NCBI GenBank assembly: GCA_050293845.1
Contig: JBNKNM010000040.1
Coordinates: 1-35,106, forward strand
DNA length: 35,106 bases
Direction of reading: 5' to 3'
Source of the DNA: Pseudobacteriovorax sp.
GTDB taxonomy: Bacteria; Bdellovibrionota_B; Oligoflexia; Oligoflexales; Oligoflexaceae
Positions within the stretch are counted from its first letter, which is position 1, and every line of letters starts with the position of its first letter. Below are positions 7,342 through 16,724 of the stretch, piece by piece. The translations under genes and the position numbers were made by a program. A model generated the notes under the pieces. The model made no database searches. It was not told where the DNA came from and saw nothing but the letters and a program-made list of their open reading frames with translations.

Positions 7342-8639
7342 GTCTGACTAACAACACTGCTGAACTAGACGTGGCCGCAACAGCCGATAGCATAACCCCT
7401 GATATAGATCGAACCTACCGATATTGGCGATCCAGGGTTATGTACTCTATGATGACTGGATATGCAGTCTTCTATTTCGTGCGCAAGAATATATCGATGG
7501 CTACAAAATCCATTACCGATGAGTTTGGTTTTTCAAATACTGAGTGGGGTTTGGTATTAAGTGTAGCAACTGTTATTTACGCAATATCTAAATTTGTCAG
7601 TGGCATGGCGGCTGATAGAGTTAACCCCAAGTATCTAATGAGTTTTGGACTGTTTGCTTCGGCTATAGCAAATATTATATTTGGTTTTTCGGGAACCTTA
7701 AGCGTTTTTCTTATGGTATGGGGAGTCAACAGCTTATTCCAGGGGATGGGTATGCCGCCATGCAGCAGATTATTGACCAGTTGGTTTAGCCAGCGAGAGA
7801 TGGGTCGTGCATGGGGGGTTTGGAATGCCTCTCATCAAATTGGTGGTGCTCTCATCGTAGTCCTTTCGGGGTTTCTGGTGGCTCATTACGGATGGCGCTC
7901 CGCTTTTTGGGTTCCTTCTGGAATTGCTCTAATTACAGCACTATGGCTATTCAATCGATTAACTAATAATCCTGAGTCCATGGGACTTCCTAGTATTGAA
8001 GTCTATAAGCCTCAGGATAGCGATGGCAATATTCCTCTCCAACTTCCTTTTTGGGAAGCGTTTCGCAAGCACATACTAGGTAATAAATGGGTTTGGATTG
8101 TCAGTACAGCCAATTTCTTTGTCTATATCGTTCGCATCGGTATTTTGGACTGGGCTCCCAAGTACCTTCAGGAGGCGAAACATTTTGACATTAGCGAAGC
8201 TGGTGCTGCTCTTTCTGCCTACGAATTAGCTGGAATTTTTGGGGCGTTCATTGCGGGTTGGCTGTCGGATACCGTTTTCAAAGGCAAGCGGGGTCCGGTT
8301 TCAATTCTGTTTATGTTCCTTTTAGTCAGCTCTGTTATTATTCTTATGACCATTCCATCCGGTCAAGTTTTGGCTATGAGCGGGGTCTTTGTTCTTATCG
8401 GGTTTTTTGTATACGGACCTCAGATGCTGATTGCTGTTGCTGCAGCGGATTTTGCAGGGCGCGCCTCCTCAGCTTCAGCTGTTGGTTTGACTGGTCTTTT
8501 TGGTTATATCGGTGCTACAGTTTGTGGGGTTGGTACTGGAATGTTGGTTGATAACTATGGTTGGTCAGCGGCGATCTATTTCTATCTAGGTGCTGCTGTA
8601 GTCGGCATGACTCTATTGTTTACAACCTGGAAAAGATAA
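7338..8639 (+). CDS. MFS organophosphate:Pi antiporter, GlpT/UhpT/UhpC (OPA) family
   Basis: YFVRKN, FQGMG.PP, WNASHQIGG, YIVR.GILDWAP.YL and YGPQMLI; multiple TM helices; ATGA overlap with deoC. Confidence 0.92.
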   Translation: MSLTNNTAELDVAATADSITPDIDRTYRYWRSRVMYSMMTGYAVFYFVRKNISMATKSITDEFGFSNTEWGLVLSVATVIYAISKFVSGMAADRVNPKYLMSFGLFASAIANIIFGFSGTLSVFLMVWGVNSLFQGMGMPPCSRLLTSWFSQREMGRAWGVWNASHQIGGALIVVLSGFLVAHYGWRSAFWVPSGIALITALWLFNRLTNNPESMGLPSIEVYKPQDSDGNIPLQLPFWEAFRKHILGNKWVWIVSTANFFVYIVRIGILDWAPKYLQEAKHFDISEAGAALSAYELAGIFGAFIAGWLSDTVFKGKRGPVSILFMFLLVSSVIILMTIPSGQVLAMSGVFVLIGFFVYGPQMLIAVAAADFAGRASSASAVGLTGLFGYIGATVCGVGTGMLVDNYGWSAAIYFYLGAAVVGMTLLFTTWKR

Positions 8640-8660
8640 CCAATTCAGCACATTTTTATG

Positions 8661-8695
8661 AAAAACCCAAGCTATCTAAAGTAGCTTGGGTTTTT
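8661..8695. terminator. Bidirectional rho-independent terminator
   Basis: AAAAACCCAAGCTA-N7-TAGCTTGGGTTTTT between convergent genes. Confidence 0.85.
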
Positions 8696-8718
8696 GTGGA
8701 AGAGCTGTTAAATATTTC

Positions 8719-10299
8719 TTATTCTGCTTTTGGTTTAAATTCACCTTCAGGTATGGCTGGAGGAGGTGGTGGTGGCTTGATTTGATTGTTTCCAGCTTCC
8801 TGAGGAATGACATCATAGCCGCGATTATCGATCTTTGTTTCATCTGTAGTGTCACTGAGCCCTTTGGTGGTGTCATAGTCGACTTCATAAAGACCGCTTG
8901 TTGCATTTTGCTTGAAGCACTGCGCTGTTATAGAAGGACCTTGACCTTGGCCATAGCGATCGTCTTTGTCTTCGTGGGTATTATTGCCAGCAAAAGGGTG
9001 CCAGAAACGAACTGGTTTTAAGGAAGTAGAACCATCTCCATTTGTAGACATGGTATCACGGATACTCGTAGATCCTGCTCCGGACGCACCGCATCCCGAT
9101 AAGACTCCTGTGGTTTCGTCAGCGCTGATATTAAATACAAAGCCTCGGGCTGGTTCATCAAATCTACCACCGGGGTTGCGCCAGTAACTAATATTACCTT
9201 CAGAAGTTTCCGCGTCGATATCAAATTGAACATATTTGAAACCATTGGAGGTTTCATTGGCGGTATTTTGTGGAATGATATCGTAGTTCACCACTCCCTG
9301 GCTATCGAATCCATCAAGTGTCTTTTCAATACTAGCAAAGCGAACCTCTGATTTTGTACGAAGCTTACTATCGCTATCGTAGGATTGAGCAAATTTCACA
9401 CTGACATAATCGATCATATTTTCGCTGTTATTTTCATCTTCTCCTGGAGGTGGGTTTTGATCTTGCAGGGCTATTTTAAGTTTTTTGCTAGGACGAGTGA
9501 GTTTATAGCTGATCACTCCTGAATTCTCACCTTCAGTGGTCCCTTCTTTATAGACGAGAACCATATCAAATTTCTTATCATCGCCTCCCAGAGAAATGTG
9601 GGTGCGATAAACACCGTCTCCTAAATTCTTCATTTTAGCTAAGGTAAAACCTGCTCCTGATTCCGCGCTAGATAATAACTCCGTATAATCATTCTCTTCA
9701 GTACTGGCAGGAAGCTCAGTGTTTCCTCCAGCTTTTTTTACGGCACATAGCATACCAGCTACTGTGTTTAAAGCTCGGTCCACATACTGGGTAGCGTCTA
9801 ATACTTCTTGACGAGCGAAAGCTACAAGGCAAGCTTCCCCATCGGTATGCTTGCCCGTTGCAGTACCACCATTTCCTGAAGGGCCATTATTAAATGGATT
9901 CATATCGTTATCAAATTCATAGCATGTTACTGATTCACCTTTACGATCATTAAGAAAACCATCGGGAAAGCAATCGGCATCAGCACCACCTTGAAGTATG
10001 CGGCGACGATCTTGCACTTTTTCTTCAGGGGGTTTTTTGTCTTCTTCAGTAGTATCAACTGTTGTAGAATCTTGGAGGTACAATCCTGTGGATACAGTTT
10101 GAGGGAAAACTGTTATAGCAAGAGAATCTGGATATGCGGCAACAAGCGGGTTTTCAGTAAGTAACTCTTCAGTCTCAATGCCATCCTCTGTGGTAGTGGA
10201 ATCACTATCGTCTTCTGATGTTCCACACGATACTAGACCTGCCATAAGCAGTGCTGGAAATACTACCCTTAGGTAAGTTTTAATATTGTCTATTGTCAT
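8719..10299 (-). CDS. Large acidic lipoprotein of unknown function
   Basis: 526-aa ORF; lipobox LVSC; acidic linker; several Cys; Pro-rich C-terminus; RBS GGAGG. Confidence 0.85.
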   Translation of the reverse strand: MTIDNIKTYLRVVFPALLMAGLVSCGTSEDDSDSTTTEDGIETEELLTENPLVAAYPDSLAITVFPQTVSTGLYLQDSTTVDTTEEDKKPPEEKVQDRRRILQGGADADCFPDGFLNDRKGESVTCYEFDNDMNPFNNGPSGNGGTATGKHTDGEACLVAFARQEVLDATQYVDRALNTVAGMLCAVKKAGGNTELPASTEENDYTELLSSAESGAGFTLAKMKNLGDGVYRTHISLGGDDKKFDMVLVYKEGTTEGENSGVISYKLTRPSKKLKIALQDQNPPPGEDENNSENMIDYVSVKFAQSYDSDSKLRTKSEVRFASIEKTLDGFDSQGVVNYDIIPQNTANETSNGFKYVQFDIDAETSEGNISYWRNPGGRFDEPARGFVFNISADETTGVLSGCGASGAGSTSIRDTMSTNGDGSTSLKPVRFWHPFAGNNTHEDKDDRYGQGQGPSITAQCFKQNATSGLYEVDYDTTKGLSDTTDETKIDNRGYDVIPQEAGNNQIKPPPPPPAIPEGEFKPKAE

Positions 10300-10340
10300 C
10301 TATCTTTTCCTCCGCAAACTTCTGGTGCATACACATGTTG

Positions 10341-10367
10341 CGATCGGCCCGACTTTATAATAATTTA
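10341..10367 (-). promoter_or_regulatory. Sigma28/FliA-type promoter
   Basis: TAAA-N15-GCCGATCG on the minus strand, about 40 nt upstream of the lipoprotein start. Confidence 0.7.
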
Positions 10368-10677
10368 ACTTTCATAAAAAAAGACCATACTCATAGAGAG
10401 TTGTATATGAAAGCTAGTTTTTGATTATTATTTGAATCAAAAAGTCTCTCGAAGAAGAGAATAAAATATAATAATATCAAACAAATAAATTCGCAATTTT
10501 GTGGAGAGGCATAAAATATAATTTCAATTTATGTCTGAAGATTGCTTCATGCCTGAAAAGTAAAATATTACTTGTGGGGTTGTTTCCATATTAAGAGATC
10601 TAGATAATATATATGTATTTTGAATTACCCTGTAACTTCCGGTATATTTATATTGAGTTAAAGATTTGGAGTTTTCT

Positions 10678-11292
10678 ATGGCAGATCTAGCGAGAAACTT
10701 TGAGATAAATCATCCATCAGGAAATTACTCCATCCGTCAAGCTAAAGTTGAAGATATTGATGGTCTTATTGAGTTGTACGGACTTTCAGATGATTACCAT
10801 TATCAAGGAGATAGCAGTTATTTTTGCAAACCACCACAGCCGCCGAGAACTGTAAAATACATAAAAGATACTATAAATCATCCTCTAAAAGTTATTTTCG
10901 TTCTTGAAAAGGGTAAAGAATTACTCGGTTTTCAAGAGACGAATATACACGATTTTGCCGAAGTGAGTCATACATATCCTAGAAGGACGGCTTTTGTAGT
11001 GACCGTATTTCTTAAGGAAGAGATCAGAGGAATGGGAGTTGGTGAAAAAATTTTCGATGTCGGGATCGATTGGGCTAAAACAATGGGGGTCCATGAAGTA
11101 ACTGGTGATGTATTTTCATTTAATCAGGATTCCTTAAATTACTTTTTGCATAATTTAAAATTTAAGGTGCGGTATCATCATGTCTATTTAAATATCTCAA
11201 ATCCCAAAAATAGCTCCTGGAAACCGCAAAAACCCTCAAGAGTTAGAAAAATACTCCGAAAAATGGAAGGATTAATTAAAAAAATAATATGA
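10678..11292 (+). CDS. GNAT family N-acetyltransferase
   Basis: IRQA..ED, V....RGMGVG acetyl-CoA motif, N..S..Y; ATG 10678 follows GGAG. Confidence 0.88.
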   Translation: MADLARNFEINHPSGNYSIRQAKVEDIDGLIELYGLSDDYHYQGDSSYFCKPPQPPRTVKYIKDTINHPLKVIFVLEKGKELLGFQETNIHDFAEVSHTYPRRTAFVVTVFLKEEIRGMGVGEKIFDVGIDWAKTMGVHEVTGDVFSFNQDSLNYFLHNLKFKVRYHHVYLNISNPKNSSWKPQKPSRVRKILRKMEGLIKKII

Positions 11293-12758
11293 AACCAAAA
11301 GGGGAAGGTATGGGGCGATTGGAGGACGTATTCTTAATTCAAAACCCCTATCATCCTTACGCTTATGAATTGATAAAAAGGGTTTTAAATAAGCAACCAC
11401 ATCTTTTACCGGTTGTTTTTTATACAAATCCAAGGTTGCGCTTCTATTTTCGTAACTATATAAATTTGAAAGCCACCTTTCCTAATATTATAGAATACGA
11501 AGTTAAGACTGAGAATTTGACACCCTTTATTAGTTTTATACAGCAAAAATACAATATAGTTGGTCTTCTGCCTTGGAATGAGCAAGTAATGGATACTTCT
11601 GTTGCTCTTCTCGAACAGCTAAAACTTTCTTGGAACAAAGCGGAAACCATAGCTTTATTTAGGGATAAATATTCCTTAAAGAACTTTTTATTTCAGAAAG
11701 ATCAAACTTTATTACCTAGCCCTTCTAAGCTTGTACATAGCTATGATGAGTTTTTGCATATCAAAGATGAGCTTAGGGAAAGGTTTGTTATCAAACCGAA
11801 TAGCGGTTACTCAAATCAATGCATTGGCTTTTTTGATCATAAGGTACCGATAAGCAATATCAAAAACTATTTTGAGAATGCTAGTAAGTATTCTTGCTTT
11901 ACTATTGAAGAACTACTTGAAGGTGAGGAGTATGCTATAAATGGTCAAGTTGATGATATAGGAAAGGTGGAGCTGTTCAGCATATTCCACTATCACCGAG
12001 TGAAAGCCAATGGACGTGCTAATGTGTATGCTGAGACGTGGAATTTGAGTAGAAATCAACCTGAGTTTGATATCATTGAATCTTATGCAAAACAAGTGAT
12101 AAAGGCTACAGGATTGGTGCGGTGCCCCTTCCATATGGAAGTAATTAATGACAAAAAATATGGCCCTATGCTCATTGAGGTTGGCTGCCGCCCAGGTGGT
12201 GGTATGATGATGTTAGCCACTAATGATATTCATAATAAACAGATTGATGTTTTCGATATAGCTGCTCACTACTATCTACATAATCGTCCCTATGGAGGGA
12301 TATCTTTTAACTGGGAATATGGAAATACTCACTGCTTTTTAGATTTAGATGGAATTTCATCGGAGTTAGGTATTATTTATCGCCTAGACAAAAAAAGGGA
12401 TGTTGAAAAATTAACTGAATTTGTAAGGTGGACAACAGAACCATCGATAGGGCAGAAAATATATAAAACGATAGATTTGGAAACCCTTCCGTGGGCTCTC
12501 CATTTATTTTCAGATAAAGGTGAAACCTATCTCCGAAATATAGCTAATAAAATCAGGGAAGATTTAGTTTTGAATTCTCCTCCCAGCTTTTATTTGCGTA
12601 ATAAAGTATGGATAAAGTTTTTTCTTAAAAAGATTCTAGAAAAGCTTGCTTGGTGGAAGTATCAGCTACTTAGCCAAAAACCTCCGTATGAAATCTCTCA
12701 TCCCACTGATCAAGTGCCTTATGAAGAGCTCCCTGAAGATAAAACGGAAGCTTCATAA
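11289..12758 (+). CDS. ATP-grasp ligase (L-amino-acid-ligase-like)
   Basis: FRDKY, VIKP.SG, EELLEGEEY, HMEV and IEVGCRPGGG; ATGA overlap with the GNAT gene. Confidence 0.88.
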   Translation: MKPKGEGMGRLEDVFLIQNPYHPYAYELIKRVLNKQPHLLPVVFYTNPRLRFYFRNYINLKATFPNIIEYEVKTENLTPFISFIQQKYNIVGLLPWNEQVMDTSVALLEQLKLSWNKAETIALFRDKYSLKNFLFQKDQTLLPSPSKLVHSYDEFLHIKDELRERFVIKPNSGYSNQCIGFFDHKVPISNIKNYFENASKYSCFTIEELLEGEEYAINGQVDDIGKVELFSIFHYHRVKANGRANVYAETWNLSRNQPEFDIIESYAKQVIKATGLVRCPFHMEVINDKKYGPMLIEVGCRPGGGMMMLATNDIHNKQIDVFDIAAHYYLHNRPYGGISFNWEYGNTHCFLDLDGISSELGIIYRLDKKRDVEKLTEFVRWTTEPSIGQKIYKTIDLETLPWALHLFSDKGETYLRNIANKIREDLVLNSPPSFYLRNKVWIKFFLKKILEKLAWWKYQLLSQKPPYEISHPTDQVPYEELPEDKTEAS

Positions 12759-12767
12759 AACTCATAT

Positions 12768-13133
12768 CTAGCATTCTAAAATATTACCCAGGTTAGCTTT
12801 AAAGTCATTATGTGAATTTTTCATTTTTGTTATAAGTTTTATAGAGTCTTTGTAATTTTTTTGTCTTGCAAAGACTTGTAATTCAAAGCTAGCTTTTAAC
12901 AATTGGGAGGCACCAATGGTTAAGGTTGCATGAGATAATTCATAGCAAATCGACTCTAAATTACTGAAATTATTTTGTTGTACTTGGTTATGTGCATTTT
13001 CTATAAGCATACCTACGATGGTGCTATTAGTTTCAATTTTGCTGCGAATATCAATTTCCGGGTTGATAGTTTGCAGGTTTTTTATAGCTTTTCCATCAAT
13101 ATGGTCACCTGAATTTACACGAGAAAAATTCAT
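12768..13133 (-). CDS. Hpt-domain-like protein lacking the canonical phospho-His
   Basis: ID..AI.NL N-terminus; L...CYELSHAT.TIGA.QL...S.EL aligns by eye to Hpt AH.LKG.S..IGA..L...C.ELE; RBS GAGGAG. Confidence 0.7.
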   Translation of the reverse strand: MNFSRVNSGDHIDGKAIKNLQTINPEIDIRSKIETNSTIVGMLIENAHNQVQQNNFSNLESICYELSHATLTIGASQLLKASFELQVFARQKNYKDSIKLITKMKNSHNDFKANLGNILEC

Positions 13134-13191
13134 AAATAGCTCCTCTTAGAATAGTGTCAAAGTGTAAGTACTTTTGCGTAGGTTTCATTTC

Positions 13192-13218
13192 TGATCGGTT
13201 TTGAATAGTTGGATTTGA
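13192..13218 (-). promoter_or_regulatory. Sigma28/FliA-type promoter candidate
   Basis: TCAA-N15-ACCGATCA upstream of the Hpt-like gene. Confidence 0.55.
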
Positions 13219-13739
13219 AATGGTTCGTACAAACTATTCAAACTTTTAAAGGAAAATGAGGGTATTTTCACGTACAAAAAATGTTTATGCCAAAATTTGA
13301 TGTGATGACTAGAAAAAAATTATGCCAGAAATATACTCATGTAAGATTTTCAAATAATAACATATACATAGAGGTTATGTATTAACTATAGCCACTAGCG
13401 AAAAGCATGTTTAAAGCCTTGACAGTGTCTGCATGGTAAACAGAAAGGTTTTCTGCCTATAAAATAGCGAAATAAATTGAGCTAACGCAAAAAACTTACA
13501 TCATTACTAAAAGTAATAGGTGAAATTTAAGTAGTATAAATCGTATTTTGGATTTGATTATGATTTGCAGTCAAAATCTATAATGTCAAATCCTTAGTCG
13601 ACACCAGCTAAAAAAAAAGTTCGGTCTCTTGTTTAACAATTCGGTGACTTACCAGTTTCATCTTGAAATTTTGGTACTGGAATATCTGTTGCATAGAATC
13701 ACTCAAAATTTTCAAAAAAGTAAATATAACCCATGAGAG

Positions 13740-14534
13740 ATGCGAAATGCAAAGGAGGCAGCCTTGGCTAATGCTCCAAAAATTGTAGACTCTATTGTAG
13801 ATTCTAGACCTTTGGAACCTGTTTATATTAAGTATACGGATGATGATCGAAGGCATTCAGCTCGTTCTGAAAAAGATGAAAAAGTAATCAAGTATTTTGT
13901 ACCTGGACAACTTCCAGCGCGGAAATTTGACAGAATTTCCGAACTTGTTAAAAGAATCATTGATGTTTCGGGAGCTTTATTTGCCATTATTCTATTCTCA
14001 CCCATTTTGATAGTAGCAGGACTGGCTGTAAAATTAACCAGCAAAGGTCCTGTGCTGTTTAGCCAAACCCGTGTGGGAAAAGGTGGCAAGCTGTTTAAAA
14101 TGTATAAATTCAGAACTATGGTCGTGAATGCCGAAGCTTTAAAGGATTCGTTAGTAAGCCAAAATGAATCTTCCGGACCTGTGTTTAAAATAACTCATGA
14201 TCCACGTATCACTAAAGTAGGTCGTATTTTAAGGAAATTTAGTATTGATGAGTTACCGCAGTTGTTTCAGGTTCTTACTGGTGAGATGAGTATGGTTGGC
14301 CCTCGTCCTCCTCTACCTAAAGAAGTTAAAAAATATAAGTTATGGCAAACACAAAGACTCTCAGTAAAACCTGGAATTACCTGTATTTGGCAAGTGAGTG
14401 GAAGAAATCAAATCGAATTTGAAGATTGGGTCCGTCTAGATATCAAATATATAAATAATCGAAGTATATTTCTTGATATGAAAATTCTTTTTCAAACCAT
14501 CAAAGTGGTTTTTATTTCCCCGGATGGAAAATAA
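13740..14534 (+). CDS. Priming sugar-phosphate transferase (small WcaJ/WbaP/PglC-type)
   Basis: KRIID, Q.RVG, YKFRTM, DPRIT.VG, SIDELPQ, VGPRP and KPGIT..WQVSGR. Confidence 0.95.
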   Translation: MRNAKEAALANAPKIVDSIVDSRPLEPVYIKYTDDDRRHSARSEKDEKVIKYFVPGQLPARKFDRISELVKRIIDVSGALFAIILFSPILIVAGLAVKLTSKGPVLFSQTRVGKGGKLFKMYKFRTMVVNAEALKDSLVSQNESSGPVFKITHDPRITKVGRILRKFSIDELPQLFQVLTGEMSMVGPRPPLPKEVKKYKLWQTQRLSVKPGITCIWQVSGRNQIEFEDWVRLDIKYINNRSIFLDMKILFQTIKVVFISPDGK

Positions 14535-14560
14535 ATTATAAATTAGTACTAAAAATATAT

Positions 14561-14600
14561 AAAGCTAAGTATACAGGATGAATACTTAGCTTTTACTTTT
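14561..14600 (+). terminator. Rho-independent terminator
   Basis: AAAGCTAAGTAT-N9-ATACTTAGCTTT followed by a T-rich tract. Confidence 0.75.
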
Positions 14601-14657
14601 TCCAAGTATCCCCATGCTTTCAGAAATTATCTCAGATATACAGCCTTGATTCATTCC

Positions 14658-14684
14658 TAAACTATTTCGACATTTTTTCGATAT
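14658..14684 (+). promoter_or_regulatory. Sigma28/FliA-type promoter candidate
   Basis: TAAA-N15-TTCGATAT upstream of GT2. Confidence 0.5.
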
Positions 14685-14731
14685 CACACAGAAGAATATA
14701 AATATAGAAAAATAAGGAACAGGAATTAGAG

Positions 14732-15889
14732 ATGATGTTTCCTATTATTTTGGTTGTTTTATCGGTTCCTATTATTCCACAGTTACTTTGGATACTAACG
14801 GTATTCTTATTTGCTTTTAGAAGATCTTCTCGTATAACTCCGCCAGTACAGGCATCTACTAAATTTAAAGTACTTATTCCTGCTCATAATGAAGACGTTG
14901 TTATTGCTAAGTGTATAAAATCATTAAAGTTAATTAAATATCCTGCAGATCTTTTTTCTATAACTGTGATCGCAGATAATTGCAGTGATAGGACAGCAAA
15001 AATTGTGGCTCAACATGATGTTGATGTTTGGGAAAGAACATCGACAACTCGCAAAAGTAAAGGCTATGCTCTAGAGGATGCTTTTAATAAATATACACGT
15101 AATAACGAATACGATGCCTTTGTAATCATTGATGCTGATACTGAGGTATCAGCAAATATTCTCTCCCAATTTGACTGTAATATTGCCAATGGTTACGACT
15201 GGATTCAAGGCTATTATAGTGGCTCAAATGTATTTTCAGGCTGGCGAACGCAGCTTATGGAATGGGGGTTTGCCATTTTCAATGGAGTTTATATGAAAGG
15301 TCTGTCGGGGATGGGCTTAAGTGTGCCTTTGCGTGGTAATGGGATGTGCTTTTCGACAAAGGGGTTGCATAGAGTTCCTTGGAGATGTAGCGGCTTAGCT
15401 GAAGATATGGAGTTTAGCTGGGAACTAAGGCTCAAAGGAGAAAAAGTTATTTTTAATAGAGGTATCCATGTTAAAGGAGAATTCGTTAGTGCGGGCGAAT
15501 CAGCTAGAAGCCAAAGGCAACGCTGGGAGGAGGGGCGCAATGCAGTCCGTAGGCAATATATGAATCGTATTAGTGAACTAGCCTTTAGCAAGCAATTACC
15601 ATATTTTTTGGATTTAAAAATGTGGCCTCTGGGTCGCATTGTGGGATATCTTTTTGCTCTATCAATACTTTCGATTGTTTTAACGGGAGCATTAACACAG
15701 TTTATAGTTGCCATGTGGGTGACGATCTTTCTTTATGGCTTGTCTCCTACGATATTCGGTTTTTGCTCTGCTAAAATACTTATTTCGGTCATTCATGTGC
15801 CTAAATATATAGTTTGGAAAGCATTTCTAAAGCTCAAGAAAGGACCCGCCACATGGGTGAGGACAAAAAGGGAGGGGGAAAAGCAATGA
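14732..15889 (+). CDS. Family 2 glycosyltransferase, membrane-bound
   Basis: IPAHNE, ADNC.D, SKG.AL, DAD, GNGM, LAED and QRQRW. Confidence 0.93.
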   Translation: MMFPIILVVLSVPIIPQLLWILTVFLFAFRRSSRITPPVQASTKFKVLIPAHNEDVVIAKCIKSLKLIKYPADLFSITVIADNCSDRTAKIVAQHDVDVWERTSTTRKSKGYALEDAFNKYTRNNEYDAFVIIDADTEVSANILSQFDCNIANGYDWIQGYYSGSNVFSGWRTQLMEWGFAIFNGVYMKGLSGMGLSVPLRGNGMCFSTKGLHRVPWRCSGLAEDMEFSWELRLKGEKVIFNRGIHVKGEFVSAGESARSQRQRWEEGRNAVRRQYMNRISELAFSKQLPYFLDLKMWPLGRIVGYLFALSILSIVLTGALTQFIVAMWVTIFLYGLSPTIFGFCSAKILISVIHVPKYIVWKAFLKLKKGPATWVRTKREGEKQ

Positions 15890-16641
15890 CCGCAAAATTC
15901 GCCCTCGCTCAATTAGAATTTGATGTGGTTGATATGAAAGGTGCAGTAGGTCAGGTACTAAGTTTAGCTCATGAAAATCGCGTGTCATGGGTTGTGACCC
16001 CTAATTCAGATCATGTCGTAAGGTCTCTTCAAGATAAAAAATTTTTAAAAATAGCGCAGCAAGCTGATCTGCTTATCGCTGATGGTATGCCGATTGTTTG
16101 GGGTTCAAAGTTATTAGGACATCCACTGCCTGAAAGGGTTACAGGAGCTGACCTCCTTCCTGCAGTGTGTAAAGAAGCAGCCGAAAATAATATCAAAGTT
16201 TGTTTTTTAGGAGGGCTAGAAGGAGATGCTGAAAAAGCAGTAAAAAATTTCAAAATGCAGTTTCCAGATTTTAACGGAATCTGGATATACCCGCCCTTTG
16301 GATTTGAGAAAAATGAATTAGAGTCAAGAATCATCATCAATCGATTAAAAAAAGAAAAACCGGGAATTATCTTTGTCGGAGTGGGAAGTCCTAAGCAAGA
16401 ATACTGGATCTTTGACAATCGTAAAAAACTTAGTCCTGGAGTCTATCTTGGTATAGGGATGTCAATTTCGCTTGCTGCTGGTACAAAAAGACGAGCACCA
16501 CTATGGTTACAAAGTATAGGAATGGAATGGGTGTACAGGATTTATCAAGAACCTAGGAGAATGCTGAAGAGATATCTTGGAAATTTAACGATATTTGGAG
16601 TGATCTTTAAGGCATGGATGAAGGGAAAAATTGATAGATAG
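15886..16641 (+). CDS. WecB/TagA/CpsF family glycosyltransferase
   Basis: VTPN.DH, ADGMP, ERVTGADL, PPFG, VG.GSPKQE, RAP and EW.YR..QEPRR; ATGA overlap. Confidence 0.93.
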   Translation: MTAKFALAQLEFDVVDMKGAVGQVLSLAHENRVSWVVTPNSDHVVRSLQDKKFLKIAQQADLLIADGMPIVWGSKLLGHPLPERVTGADLLPAVCKEAAENNIKVCFLGGLEGDAEKAVKNFKMQFPDFNGIWIYPPFGFEKNELESRIIINRLKKEKPGIIFVGVGSPKQEYWIFDNRKKLSPGVYLGIGMSISLAAGTKRRAPLWLQSIGMEWVYRIYQEPRRMLKRYLGNLTIFGVIFKAWMKGKIDR

Positions 16642-16668
16642 AGTCAATCATCCTTTTTATAATAAAAT

Positions 16669-16695
16669 TAAATTGTATAGGACTGCATCTGATAA
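16669..16695 (+). promoter_or_regulatory. Sigma28/FliA-type promoter candidate
   Basis: TAAA-N15-TCTGATAA upstream of the Wzc-like gene. Confidence 0.4.
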
Positions 16696-16724
16696 CAACA
16701 AAAGATGGAGAAAAACATAAAGAA

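Noticed and set aside
1594..9257. Many short antisense or nested ORFs in the track (e.g. 1594-1827, 3833-4341, 5727-6044, 8258-9257)
   Set aside because: They are shadow ORFs overlapping well-supported genes and have no motifs.
13285..13327. TTATGCCA direct repeat as minus-strand sigma54 sites
   Set aside because: The TGGCA motifs lack a GC at the -12 position.
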